64,000 nucleotides of DNA, taken from an uncultured Actinomycetes bacterium. Its GTDB lineage: Bacteria > Actinomycetota > Thermoleophilia > Solirubrobacterales > 70-9. The notes under the pieces were generated by a model. The model was not told where the DNA came from and searched no databases. It saw nothing but the letters and a program-made list of their open reading frames with translations. The DNA is taken from NCBI GenBank assembly GCA_963812845.1, contig CAWEWQ010000001.1, forward strand, positions 1,724,496-1,788,495. The letters are read 5' to 3'. Each line of letters opens with the position of its first letter. Position 1 is the stretch's first letter. This document shows, piece after piece, positions 30,852 to 42,070 of the stretch. A program made the translations under genes and the position numbers.

Positions 30852-31634
30852 ATGCGCCGCCGATTCCTAATTCCCGTTCTGACCGTCGTCCTTGCGTTCG
30901 GCTGGGCCGCCGACTCGGGGGCGGTGAGGGTGATCAAGGACGGGCTCGAACTCACCTTCGACGCCGACTTTGCACCGCATGCCCTGCCCCGCAACCGCAG
31001 CCGCCCCGGTGAGCGTCAGGGTCGCGGGCCGAGATCGCCACCACCGACGGCAGTCATCCGCCACCGCTGCGCTGGTTGGAAGTCGCGATCAACCGCAGCG
31101 GCCACCTCGTACACCAAGGGTCTGCCGGTCTGCACCGCGCCGATCCTGCAGTCGACGAGCAGCGAAGCGGCGCTGGAACGGTGCGCCCGTCCCTCGTCGG
31201 ACGTGGCACCTTCCGTGCCGACGTCCAGCTCGGCAAGGAGATCGTGGCGACGGGCAAGATTCTCGCCTTCAACAGCCGCAGTCACGGAAAGCAGGCGCTG
31301 GTTCTCCACCTCTTCGCGGGAGTCCCGGTCCGCTTTACCTTGGTGGTGCCGCTGAGGATCGAGCACCCGACCAAGGGGCAGTTCGGCACCCTCCTGCAGG
31401 CGAAGATTCCGCGCCTCGGCGGCGGGCTCGGCTCGGTTACCGAAATCCAGCTGACGATAGATCGCCGCTATTCGTTTGCAACGGCAGAGCGCCGCAGCTA
31501 CGTCTCGGCGGCCTGTAGCGCTCCAGAAGGCTTCACCGTCGTTCCGTTCGTTTTCGCTCGCGGGCACCTTCCGCTTCGAAGGTCACAGCGAGATCAGCGA
31601 AGACCTCGACCAGGTCTGCCGGGCTACGCAGCTA
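30852..31634 (+). CDS. Secreted hypothetical protein (signal peptide), several frameshifts; 3' end uncertain
   Basis: MRRRFLIPVLTVVLAFGWAADSGAV.. then frame pieces ..GTFRADVQLGKEIVATGKILAFNSRSHGKQALVLHLFAGVPVRFTLVVPLRIEHPTKGQFGTLL.. and ..YVSAACSAPEGFTVVPFVFARG... Confidence 0.4.
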
Positions 31635-31967
31635 GAGGCCGAGGCCGCCGACACCGCCCTCGTCCCAGCCGAGGTGGTGGGCGAGCTCGTGGCGGAGCGT
31701 CTGCTCCACCTGGCGGGCGAGCAGATCCCGGTCGTGGCCGAAGTCTCGTTCGAGCGTGTCGCGGTAGATCACGATCCGGTCCTCGTAGCGTTCGGCCGCC
31801 ACCCCGTCGCCGAAATACTCGCCGTAGGCGTGCCGTTCCGCGCCGAGGTCGGAGACGACCACGGCGACCTTCTCGAGCAGGCGCTGGAACTCGTCAGGTA
31901 GCGCGTCGATCGCGTCGGCGACGAGTTGCTCGAAGTTGTCCGGCTCCGTCTGATTCACTGCCGCCAC
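31632..31967 (-). CDS. Metallopeptidase family protein (minimal zincin, DUF1025-like)
   Basis: ..FEQLVADAIDALPDEFQRLLEKVAVVVSD..RIVIYRDTLERDF..VEQTLRHELAHHLGWDE (HExxH). GTG starts lie at 31967 or 31958, in frame within ORF 31632-32789. Confidence 0.7.
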   Translation of the reverse strand: MAAVNQTEPDNFEQLVADAIDALPDEFQRLLEKVAVVVSDLGAERHAYGEYFGDGVAAERYEDRIVIYRDTLERDFGHDRDLLARQVEQTLRHELAHHLGWDEGGVGGLGL

Positions 31968-31992
31968 GTTAACCAGCAACGATCTGGAGCAT

Positions 31993-32360
31993 GTGATGAA
32001 CAAGAACGCCGCGCCCCGTCCTCTCGTTGTTCGCCGTGATCGCGATCGCCGCCGGCGGCGTCGTCTGGTCCGGCTGCGGCAGCAGCAGCGACGAAAGCAA
32101 CACGATTCGAGGCCAGGCCGAAACGCAGGTCGAAGAAGGCACCAAGAACGGCCGAAGAAGCGGTCGAAGAAGGCGTCGAAACGACCAAGAAGGGCCTCGA
32201 AGAAGCCAAGGAACAGGTCGAAAAGGGCGTCAAGGGGAAGACGAAGAAGAAGTTCGAAAACGCCCAGAAGGAAGCCGAAGAGGGCCTCGAAGAAGGTCAG
32301 GCGAAGGCCGAAAAGGGCATCGAAGAAGCCAAGGAACAGGCGGAAAAGTACCTGCCCTGA
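31993..32360 (+). CDS. Lys/Glu-rich lipoprotein, frameshifted
   Basis: Lipobox ..IAIAAGGVVWSGCGSSS, then after frame correction repeated ..EEAVEEGVETTKKGLEEAKEQVEKGVKGK..AEEGLEEGQAKAEKGIEEAKEQAEKYLP* (stop 32358-32360). Confidence 0.5.
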
Positions 32361-32403
32361 GGCCTCGCTCTCGGCGTGGAGGTCCCCGGTGGCTTCGATG
32401 CTC

Positions 32404-33751
32404 TCAGCCGAGGATCTCGACCGCTCGCCGCAGCTGCTCCTCGGAGATCGTGAACGGCGGCGCCAGACAGAGGATGTCGTCGAGCAGGCGCGCGGGTGAG
32501 CAGGCCTCGCTCGCGCGCCTCGATCGCGGCGCGGCGACCGCGGCCGGCCTCGACCGGCCAGCGCTGACGCGTCTCGCCTGTCGGCGACCAGCTCGACGCC
32601 GACCATCAGTCCGGCCTGCCGGATCTCGCCCACTTCCGGGATGGTCGCGGAGCGGCGCGACCAGCGTCGGCGAGCGAGAGCGCTCGTCTCGTCGCACCCG
32701 CGCCAGCAGGCCTTCGCGCTCGATCGCCTCGATGCTCGCCAGCGCGACCGCGCAGGCGACGGGTGGCCGGAGTGGGTGAACCCGTGCATCAGGAGCCGGG
32801 GTCGGCGGTCGGGGTCGCGCAGCTCGTCCCAGAGCGCGTCGCTGAGCGATCACCCCACCGAGCGGTACGTAGCCGCTGGTCACGCCCTTGGCGAAGGTGA
32901 TCAGGTCCGGCGACGACTTCCTCGTGCTCGACACGCGAACCAGGTGCCGGTGCGACCGAATCCGGTGATCACCTCGTCGACGATCAGCAGCAATCCGGTG
33001 GCGGTCGCAGATCTCGCGCAGCCGCCGCAGGTAGCCCGGCGGCGGCACGATCACCCCACCGGAGCCGAAGACCGGCTCGACGATCACCGCCGCGATCCGC
33101 TCGGCTCCGAGCTCTGCGATCTGTTCCTCGAGCGCTTCGCCCCGGCAGATCGGGCAGGTCTCGGGGTCGCAGGGAACACCCGCCGCGCAGCGGTAGGTGT
33201 AGGGAACCGGGACCTCGACGATGTCGGGCGCGTCGGACGCCGAAGTCGGCGTGGTAGGGCCTGCAGCCGGGTCGCGGTCGTCGTCACCCCGGCGAGGCCG
33301 TGATAGCCGCGATCGTGGGCGAGGACGATCGACTTCCGCGGGTTCGCCGCGCGCGAACCCAGTGACGCCGCGCGAGCTTGATCGCGGTCTCGTTGGCCTC
33401 GCTGCCGCCGCTGACGAAGAAGACGCCGCTGAGCCCGGGGGCCAGGCCGGCGATCCGCTCCGCGAGCTCGATCGCCGGCGGCGAGGCAACGCCACCGAAG
33501 GTGGCGGCGTAGGGCAGCGTCTGCGAGCTGCCGGTGCGCGCCGCCTCGATCAGGTCCCGGCGGCCGTGGCCGAGGTTGACCGTCCACAGGCCCGAAGAGC
33601 CGTCGATCAGCCGCCGCCCGTCGGCGGCGATCAGTTCGCACCCTTCGCCGCGGACGATCACCAGCGGCCCGACGTCGGCCAGCTGCGAGTGGTCGGTGAG
33701 GGGGTGGATCAGGTGGGCCAGATCCCCTGCTAGATGATCCGGTACGGGCAC
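32404..33751 (-). CDS. Class III (omega-type) pyridoxal-phosphate aminotransferase, many frameshifts
   Basis: GTG at 33751: ..GEGCELIAADGRRLIDGSSGLWTVNLGHGR..VFFVSGGSEANETAIKLAR.., ..AAVIVEPVFGSGGVIVPPPGYL.., ..DLITFAKGVTSGYVPLGGV.., ..LCLAPPFTISEEQL... Confidence 0.8.
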
Positions 33752-33774
33752 GAGCCCGATACATTAGTCCAGAC

Positions 33775-33789
33775 TAGACAGACTGTCTA
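33775..33789. promoter_or_regulatory. Perfect 7-1-7 palindrome, candidate TetR-family operator
   Basis: TAGACAG-A-CTGTCTA lies in the 43-nt AT-richer gap between the TetR gene stop (33795) and the aminotransferase start (33751). Confidence 0.4.
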
Positions 33790-33794
33790 TGAGC

Positions 33795-34452
33795 TTACTC
33801 GGGTGACGACTTGCGCCCCAGCGGGCTGCGCGGTGCGTCGTCCGGAGGGACCGAGCAGATCGAGTACCAGTGCAGCAGCGCAAGCTGGTGCGCGGCCTTG
33901 TCGATTTCCTCCTCGCTCGAGGAGACGTCGAAGGTGGACAGCACCGACTCGATCATCGCGTAGGCGGCGCGAACGCCGAATTCGAGGTCGATGTCCTCGC
34001 GGATCAGGCCGGCGTCCTCGTCCGCGGCGTGGACGGCGATGATCCAGCCGAGCATCGCATCGTCTGCGGCTTTGTTCGCCTCCTCCCAGCCGGAGCCGCG
34101 CAGGTTGCGCGGCGACGGCGACGATCGGCGCAGGTCGGCGTTCTTGACCCGCCAGCCGAGCGCCTCGCGGACCATCTCCTGGATCAGCTCGAACGAGGTC
34201 TGGCCCGAACGGGCGCTTTCGCGCAGCCGCTGGGCGATCTGCGCGTATCCGGTCATGTAGTCGCTGATGATCGCCGCGAGGATGTCCTGCTTGTCGTCGA
34301 AGTTGTTGTAGACGGTCGCCCGGGCGACCCGCGCCGCCACGCGCGATGTCGCCCATCGAGGTCTCGGAGAAGCCCCGACGCGAAAACAGTTTCCGGCTCG
34401 CCTCGAGGATCTTCGTCCTCGCCCGCGGTTCTCCGCGCCGTGGGCGCGTCAC
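33795..34452 (-). CDS. TetR/AcrR family transcriptional regulator, one frameshift near 34340
   Basis: GTG at 34452: ..RARTKILEASRKLFSRRGFSETSMGDIA (HTH first half) joins ..ARVARATVYNNFDDKQDILAAIISDY.. (ORF 33795-34340). Confidence 0.8.
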
Positions 34453-34534
34453 CTCTCGCCCTCTCGTCGATGCGTACGCCCAGCCCGCATCACACAACCG
34501 AGACTATCCAATGCGATATGACATGCACCATTTC

Positions 34535-35320
34535 TCAATGCACCTCTTCGGGAAGTTCGTACCAACGCTTCCTCTCCCCCACCCGCGCGCGCAGCTTCCA
34601 TCCGCGCGTCTTCGGGACCGCGTCGAGCTCCGCGCGTAAGCGCTGAATGCGCTCGGCAACCGTCTCTCCGGCAGCAAACCCGGGGAGCTCCAGGGCAAAC
34701 CGTTCGCTGCGCTCGGCGACCATCCCGAGCGTTCGCCACAGACCCCAGTCCGAGGCGGTCAGGTTCGCGATATAGGCTGACGTCGACCCCACTCTCGCCC
34801 TCGCTGAGTTCGTGATCGGCAAAGATCGCGCAGATGTCGAGGTAGTCCTTTTCGTTCGTCTCGACGATCTGCAGCTTCAACACCATCAGGTCGGCCAGGG
34901 GCAGCGTCAGCGGTACGAGGCCGATCCGCTCGCGCAGATCGATCCGGTGGCAGAGGTGCGCCTCGTCGACGAAGACGTCGACCTGGCGCTGGTTGGCCTC
35001 GTCCCAGAAGTAGAGGCGCCGGTGCCCGTGAAGCATGTTGAACTCCCGGTCGGCCTCGTATCCGAGCTCGCCGCATCAGGTCGATCGCGGCATCCCTCGC
35101 CGCCAGAGTGGTGACGCAGGTCGATGTCCGCGTAATCCCGCTGCAGCGGCGGCGACTGGCGCTCGGGCAGTCGATCGCAACCGCCACCCCGCCGAGCAGG
35201 CCGCAGCGGAAGCCCTCTCGCCGGCCACGGCCTCGGCGATGCGCCTTCCCTCGGCGACCGGATCGGCATGCGGCTGCCCGTGCCCTCCCGATGCCTACTC
35301 CGGCGGGATCTCCGCCGCAA
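34535..35320 (-). CDS. Nucleotidyltransferase-fold hypothetical protein, frameshifted
   Basis: After frame correction ..LLGGVAVAIDCPSA..YADIDL.. (pol-beta-type G[GS]..DxD), then ..MLHGHRRLYFWDEANQRQVDVFVDEAH..LKLQIVETNEKDYLDICAIF.. and ..RLRAELDAVPKTRGWKLRARVGERKRWYELPEEVH*. Confidence 0.35.
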
Positions 35321-36968
35321 GTTTGTCGACGTCCACGCCCTGGCGCAGACGAGCCGCTCGGGCGACGAAGAAGGTCAGCAGGGCCGCTCCGAGGATGCAC
35401 TGCGCAGTCGCGGAAGAAGTGCCCCTTGTCTTCGATGCCGAGGTCCGGGTAGTGCATGTAGACGAAGAAGAGGCCGACCATCAGGAGGATCGTGGTCAGC
35501 GCCCCGGCCAGCGCGACGACGGGAATCCCGAGGAACCGCTGGGTGGTCGCCGACGCCCGCCAGACGTCGGGCCGGCGATAGGGCAGCAGCACCGCTGAGA
35601 TCGCCGAGCAGGATCATCGTCACCAGCTGCAGCAGCACCGCCTCGAAGAGGACTTTGATGAACCCTTCGCCGTTGCTTACCGCCCAGTAGAGGACGAGCG
35701 ATGCTGAGCACCACGGTCAGGCCGATCGCGTAGTTCGGGGCATGGGTTCGTGGGGAGACCCGCGCGAACTGCGAGGGCAGCATGCCGTCGAGCGCCCAGG
35801 CGAAGAAGGTGCGCACGGCGATCGCGATGTTGGGCAGCATCAGCAGCGGGTAGGCGACCGCGAAGGTGATCAACAACCACCAGGCGAAGCAGCGGTGCTG
35901 CCGCCCGGCGATCGAGGTCAGGAACGTGTAGTACGGCGGCGCCCCGGCGAAGGGATAGCTTTCGTGTCGCTGAGGCCGTTGATCGCGACGAAGAAGTCGT
36001 GGCCGAACTTCCAGAAGAAGACGACTCGCGAGAATCATCGCGATCGCGATGTGGACGAAGGTCGCGAGGCTCATGATCTTCATCTGGGTCGATGTCTTTG
36101 GCCCGTCGCACCTCGCCGGAGATGTAGATCGAGAGCCAGCTGTAGATCGAGAGCCCGGCGATCGCCGCCATCGTCGGCCAGGTGTTGTCGAGGCTGAAGG
36201 CGGGCGAGGGGTCGATCCCTTCCTTCTGGGCGGCGGTGATGATCCCGTGGTAGGAGTCGCGGTTCGCCGGTGATCGGCCCGGCGAACTGGTTGAAGCTGT
36301 CGACGAAGCCGCCGTGGCTCTTGAAGAGGAGGACGAAGAAGGACGGTGCCGAGACCGAGCATCGTTAGCGACCCAGAGGCCGTTCATGATCCGCGTCGTC
36401 CAGCGCCAGCCGCCGGCAAGGAGGCCGGCCGAGACCGAGGATCACGGCGGCGCCGACTCCGAACTGCCACCACTTCGCTCGGTCGCCAGGGTCTTCACCG
36501 GCGGTGACCAGCGAGTGGTGGTCGCTGATCAGGCCGACGGCGGTCAGCGACGGCGCCAGCGCGACGGTGACGAATGACAGCGCGATGAAGGCGATCGAGA
36601 GGATCACCCCCGAGATCCAGAAGAACGAGGAGATCAGCCCGACCACGGGGTGGGTGACCCGGCCGACGAGCACGTAGTCGCCGCCGCTGCGCGGAATCGC
36701 CGAGGTGAAGAGGCCGTAACAGACGCAAAGCAGAATCGCGACGACGAAGGCCATCGCGAAGCCGAGCCAGATCGAGCCGCCCGGGAAGAAGGCGAGCGGA
36801 AGAAGAACGCAGACGGCGAGCGATCAGAATGGCGGTCGGCTGTCCCGCCATGTTGAAGACGAAGGTCGAGAACGGCGATACCTCCCGTACCAACCCGGTG
36901 GCTTTCCGTGCGAACGTTCCCTGGGACGTCGCCTGTGGCGGCACCCCACTTCCCCCTAAATCGGCCAT
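35295..36968 (-). CDS. APC-superfamily amino acid permease, many frameshifts
   Basis: MADLGGSG..LVREVSPFSTFVFNMAGQPTAIL.., ..AILLCVCYGLFTSAIPRSGGDYVLVGR.., ..SIYSWLSIYISGEVR.., ..FAVAYPLLMLPNIAIAVRTFFAWALDGMLP.., ..GIPVVALAGALTTILLMVGLFFVYM... Confidence 0.7.
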
Positions 36969-36986
36969 CTCTTCCCCTCTTTCCCT

Positions 36987-37961
36987 TTACCCCGACACCA
37001 GATAGTGGTTGACCACACGGTCCCTTCCCAGGTGGACCAGGCAGCCGTCCAGGTGGCCGCTACCGTAGTCGGAACCGGGGTTGATTGCCACCGTTCGACC
37101 GATTGTCGTCACACCTCTGCTCTCGTGGATGTGACCGTGCAGGCTGAGCAAGCGGCTGCGTCTCTTCGATGATCTGCCGCACCGCCTGGCTGCCGGTCGC
37201 GACCTCGTGGGGGCGCCCCCCCTTGGTCACGTATCGCAGCTCCTCGTCGACCTCGAAAGCGGTGTCGAGACTGCTCTCGTATGGCGGCACGTGAATGTTG
37301 AAGATCGCCCGCCCGGGATCTTCGAGCTGCTCGACGAGGCGCTCGAGCCGCGCGTAGATGTCCTCCTCGTCGAGCTCGCGAGGGGTGTGCCAGGGCGTCC
37401 GGTTCGAGTAGCCGAAGGAGACCATCTCGTGGGGGCCGACCATCTCCACCCGCTCGTCGCAGGCAACGACGCCGCTACCCGAGGCCAGCACCTCGTCGAT
37501 CGACCATGGGTCGTCGTTGCCGGGTATCACGTAGGCCCGGATATCGGTACCGGCCAGGCGCTCGTCCGCGAAGCTCGACCCAGAGTCGGAGCTCATCCAG
37601 CAGCGCCCGCTCGAACGCGTCCTCGCGGCGTGCGGAGTCCTCGGCAAGTCGCTCCGCCTCCTCTCGATCGACGATCAGCGGGATACATCCCGTTGGTCGA
37701 GATCGCACGCTGCATCTCGTCGAGCTCGGCCGCCGTTCTGGCCAGCCGCTGCTCGCCGATCACCCTGGCGCCGTAGGAGCCGTCGCCCTGGCGGACGATC
37801 GGAACCAGGGCCTTGCCGGTGAGGTCTCCGCCCATCACCAGGGCGTCGGCGGGATAGTGAGCGGCGGCGTTGACGAACTTCTTCCAGCAGACGCGCGAGC
37901 CGTGGATATCCCCGGCGTAGAAGAGGCGCGTGACCTCCGTCTTTGGGCGGCGTTTGAACAT
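36987..37961 (-). CDS. Metallophosphoesterase, frameshifted
   Basis: ..TRLFYAGDIHGSRVCWKKF..ALVMGGDLTGK.., ..YVIPGNDDPWS.., ..IFNIHVPPYES.., ..LLSLHGHIHESRG.. (after frame correction). The stop TAA lies at 36987-36989, 18 nt before the permease start. Confidence 0.7.
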
Positions 37962-38045
37962 CTATTCCCAGTTCTCCCCAAGGGATCATGCGGGATCGGC
38001 CCGACGATCGACCAGCCCAGCTTAGATACTAATTGGTCACATTGT

Positions 38046-39436
38046 CTAGTTTTGAGAGGCGAGGAGCTCCCGCTGCAGAAGCCGCCACGCCGCACCCACG
38101 TCGACCGAGGTGAGCAGGCCGGCGGCGGCAAGCACGTACTTCGAGTCCACGGCAAGGCGCGGTTCCTGCGGGGCGAGGGACCGCGGAGAGCGCCGCGCGA
38201 GAGCTTCCCCGAGGATCTGCCTCACCGTCGTCGCGGTGGGCGAAAACCCCTCCAGTACCCAAAGCTAGACCTACTTCACGGAGGTCGGCGCCGTCTCGGG
38301 TCAGCGTCGGCGGACCTCCCTCCCCTCGGGTCAGCAGCATCGTCCCGCAGTGCCGCTGAACGGCCTGGGCGGCGCAGCCGGCGGCGAGAAGACCGTCCAG
38401 CGCTTCCTCCGCCGACGTCGACGGGATCCACTCCGGTCGGTCCGCTCTCGCCGAGACAGCGTGTCGAATCTCCACCTCGGTCAGGTCCGTGCGCGAGGCG
38501 ATCCACTCGCGATCCGCTTCATAGGCACCGCGGGCCCCGGCCCGCAAACCGAGGTCTCCCTCGACGGTCCGCAGGGTCGCCGGAGGGGGCAGCAGCGGGT
38601 CCTCGATCCCGGGCGATGCCGCCGCGAGCGAGCGATGCGAGTGGACGTCGGTGGTGGCCCCACCGACGTCGATCACGATCACCTCCCCGGTGCCCGATCC
38701 AGCGGGGCTGCCGGTCGCGAGAAGCTGCGTAGCTTCGTAGACCGCCTCCGGAGTCGGCATCCTCACCATCCGCGCGAAATCGGGGCTGGCGCTGAGGCCC
38801 TTGCCGCCGATCACGTGCTCGAGGAAGAGGCGCATGATCGCCGCCCGCGCCGCCTCGACCTCGATCTTCCCCAGCGCCGGCATCACGTTCGCCTGCGATT
38901 TCGGCCAAGACTCCTCCTTCTTCCAGGAGAGCGGCGGCTTCCCCGGCCACCTCGGCGTTGCAGGCGACGACGACGCCGGCGCCGAGACCGCGACGCGCGA
39001 GGCGCCGCGCGTTTTCCAGCACCAGCTCCCTCTGGCCGCCGTCGGTGCCGCCGGCGAAGAGAACGATCTCCGGTTGCGCCTCTTCCAATGCGTCCAGCCG
39101 CTCGTCGTCGAGGGCGCCGGCGAGCACGCATTCGACCCGGGCGCCGGCGTTGAGTGCCGTCTGCCGCGCCGCCGTCGCGGTCAGCTCATCGACCAGGCCG
39201 ATCGCCGCGACCCTGAGACCACCGCCGGCGCTGGAAGCCGCCAGTCTGCTCGTCGATCGCCACCGCCTCCGGCCGAGCTGACGGCGTCGGCGAGCGCCGC
39301 CGCGTAGCCGTCCATCAGGTCGCTCTCGATGCTGGTCGGCGCTTCGGCCCGGGCCAACAGCCTCCCCTCGTCGGGATCGACCAGGCTCACCTTCGTGTAG
39401 GTGCTGCCGAAGTCGGCGAGAGCGATCGACGCCCAC
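38046..39436 (-). CDS. GlmL/MutL-like (glutamate mutase accessory, ASKHA-fold) protein, frameshifted
   Basis: GTG at 39436, then one extra G, then ..SIALADFGSTYTKVSLVD.. Later pieces: ..GGLRVAAIGLVDELTATAARQTALNAGARV..IVLFAGGTDGG.., ..VIVIDVGGATTDVHS... Confidence 0.65.
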
Positions 39437-39443
39437 CGGCGGC

Positions 39444-41226
39444 TCAGGCGGGCACGCCGCCGCTCCGGCGCTCGATCAGGGCGTCGATCAGGCGGTCGAT
39501 CGTGCCCGGGGTCTCGATCCCGCTCGGCGTTGAGATCGGCGCTGACGTCGATCGGGATCTCCGAGCCGTCGACGTCCTCGTTGAGGACGCCGCCCATGAA
39601 GACCGGCACCTCGCCCGCTGCGGCGGCGCGAAGCTCGTCCATCAGGCGGCGTCCGAAGGAGCGGGCGACGCCGTTGTGGGTGGTGATCACGACCGCGTCG
39701 GCGTCGGTCTCGATCACCGCCTTGACGATGTCCTCGGGATCGCGGTTGATGCCGAAGTCGATCACCTCGGTCCCGACCGCCGCGAGCGCCGAGGTCAGGC
39801 AGGAACTCGGCGAACTCGTGGACGTCGGTCGAGGTGACGAGGACCTTCATCCCCCGGATCGCCTCCTCCTCGCCACGGCCGCGCAGCTCCGCCAGCAGGC
39901 GCTCGCGCTCGGCCATCGTGTTCTTGACCAGATCCGTTTCGAGGATCGGGCGGCGGCCGCGGGGAAAGGCCGGGTCCGGCTCGGCCGGCGCCGAAGAGCT
40001 CCTCGCAGCGGGTCGAACCGAGGCGTTTGAGGACGAGCAGCAGTTGAGCGGGGTCGCGGACGTCGATCCCGGCGCCGGCGAGGCCGTCGATCGCAGCCTC
40101 GAAGAAGGCGCGCCCGCCGCGGACCAGCTCGTCGCGCATCGCCTCGATCTTCGGCCCAGTCGACCACCGGCTCCACCAGCGGCACGTACTCCTCGAGCCG
40201 GCGGCTGATCGTCTGCACCGTCGCCACCTCCTGCCAGGTCGGGATCCGCTCCGTCTCGGTCACCGGGACGGCGATCGGCGCTCCGCCGAGCCTGTAGCGC
40301 TGGTCGACCATCTTCATGAAGAGGACGTCGGTGTTCAGCACCGCCATGTTGCTGTCGAAGTCGGGGGTGTTGCCGATCGTGTCGCCCTGGACGAAGCCGG
40401 CCGGGACCTGGTCCGGGTTGACGGCGTGGAGGGCCAGCGTCACCGCCGACTTGACCACCGGGTTCTGGGTCAGGCCGCCCCACGAGCACGAGTAGGCGGC
40501 GCCGATCAGCTCCTCGCTGATGTAGCGCTCGACCATCGCCCAGCCGACGTAGTTGGCGTAGTCGTGGAAGACGCCGGGATAGCCGTCCTCGAGGTAGGAG
40601 TCGAAGCAGACGCCATCGGCCCGGAAGGCGGAGAGCGCCCCGGCGGCCTGGAGGACCGCCATCGTCTGGCTGACGTCGTCGCTCCAGTAGGGCCAGCGCC
40701 AGGAGTACTGCGAGAGGACCCCGATGTGGGTGATGCCGACCCGCAGCGCGTCGAGGGCGTTGTCGAGCGAGCCGGGGCCGCCGATCATGTTGTCCGCGGC
40801 CTCGGGCTGGATCGGGACGGTGTGGGTCAGCTCCCACCAGTCCTGGTCGTCCCAGAGCGCGGGGCCGGTCTCCTGGGGCGCTTCGGCGCGCTTGTCCTTC
40901 GGCAGCCCCATCCGCCGCTCGGCGATCAGGTTGAAGCGGTCCGGGGGGCGGACGCCGCGGGAGAGCGCGTCCTCGTAGATGAGACCCATCGCCTCGCGGG
41001 TGTCGTCCCAGGTTGCGAGGCCGATGTTCATGCAGGTGCAGGGAATCCCCTCCTGCCGGGCCCGTTCGCGCCACTCGCGCTCCGAGCCGACCCCTTTCTC
41101 CTCGCAGTAGAGCGAGCGCGCCCGCTCAAGGCCCTGGGCGAGCTCCCGCCCTTCCGCGACCGCCTCCCGTCCATCCGGCAGATCGGCGGGGAGCAGCGCG
41201 GTCAGGTCGACGTCGAGCTCGTCCAT
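39444..41226 (-). CDS. Cobalamin-dependent mutase-like protein: large catalytic-type domain fused to a C-terminal B12-binding domain, frameshifted
   Basis: N-terminal roughly 420 aa (ORF 39847-41226). The C-terminus has MKVLVTSTDVHEFAEF (DxHxx[G/A]-like), ..DADAVVITTHNGVA.., ..VPVFMGGVLN.., ending ..LIERRSGGVPA* (stop 39444-39446). It lies 7 nt upstream of the GlmL-like start. Confidence 0.6.
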
Positions 41227-41228
41227 CC

Positions 41229-42029
41229 TCAGCCGTCCAGGATCCAGCCCCCGCTGACCTCGAGGACCTGGCCCGTCGTGTAGCCACCGCCGTCGCTGGC
41301 AAGGTAAAGGACGGTTTCGGCGATCTCCTCCGGCTTGCCCATCCGGGCCAGCGGCGTCATCGCCAGCGCTTCGTCGATGTGCTCCTCGGGGATCTCCCAG
41401 TCCTCCTCCCAGTTGGCGGCGATCGGGCCGGGGGCGACGGCGTTTACCCTGATCTCGGGGGCCAGGTCCCGCGCCAGCGCCGAGGTGAAGGCGCGCACCC
41501 CGCCCTTCGCCGCGCAGTAGGTGACGGCGACGGAGTTGACGACGTTCTCCCGGTCGATCCCGTTCCCGTAGGAGCCGGAGAAGTTGACGATCGCGCCCTT
41601 GCCGCCGGCCCGCAGGTGCGGGGTCGCCGCCTGGCAGACCCGGAAGGTCCCGAGCAGGTCGACGTCGAGGAGCCGCGCGAAGGCCTCCGGGTCCGACTCG
41701 GCAAAGCGGACGGCGTCCTCCGGGTCGATCCGCCCGGCGGCGTTGACGACGACATCGATGCGGCCATAGCGATCGGCGACCTCGGCGACGAAGCCCTCCA
41801 CCGAGCCGGCGTCGGTCACCTCGAGCCGGGCGGCATGACCGCGCGAGCCGGCGGCTTCGATCTCCCCGAGCGAGGCCCGCGCCGAGTCCTCCGAGGAGCG
41901 GTAGCCGAGCGCAACGGTCGCGCCCTCGCGGCCGAGGGCACGGGCGACCGCGCCACCGAGCGCGCCACCGGCGCCCGTGACGATCGCGACCCTCCCCTCG
42001 AATCGCCTGCCGTCGTTCCAGCGCTCCAT
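41229..42029 (-). CDS. SDR family oxidoreductase
   Basis: Intact 266-aa ORF: VAIVTGAGGALGGAVARAL..VVNAAG..NFSGSYG..YCAAKGGVRAFT..RVNAVAPGPI. It lies 2 nt upstream of the mutase start. Confidence 0.85.
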   Translation of the reverse strand: MERWNDGRRFEGRVAIVTGAGGALGGAVARALGREGATVALGYRSSEDSARASLGEIEAAGSRGHAARLEVTDAGSVEGFVAEVADRYGRIDVVVNAAGRIDPEDAVRFAESDPEAFARLLDVDLLGTFRVCQAATPHLRAGGKGAIVNFSGSYGNGIDRENVVNSVAVTYCAAKGGVRAFTSALARDLAPEIRVNAVAPGPIAANWEEDWEIPEEHIDEALAMTPLARMGKPEEIAETVLYLASDGGGYTTGQVLEVSGGWILDG

Positions 42030-42070
42030 TTACGAGAAGAGTCTTACCCGGTCCGGGGCGCGATTGCCAG

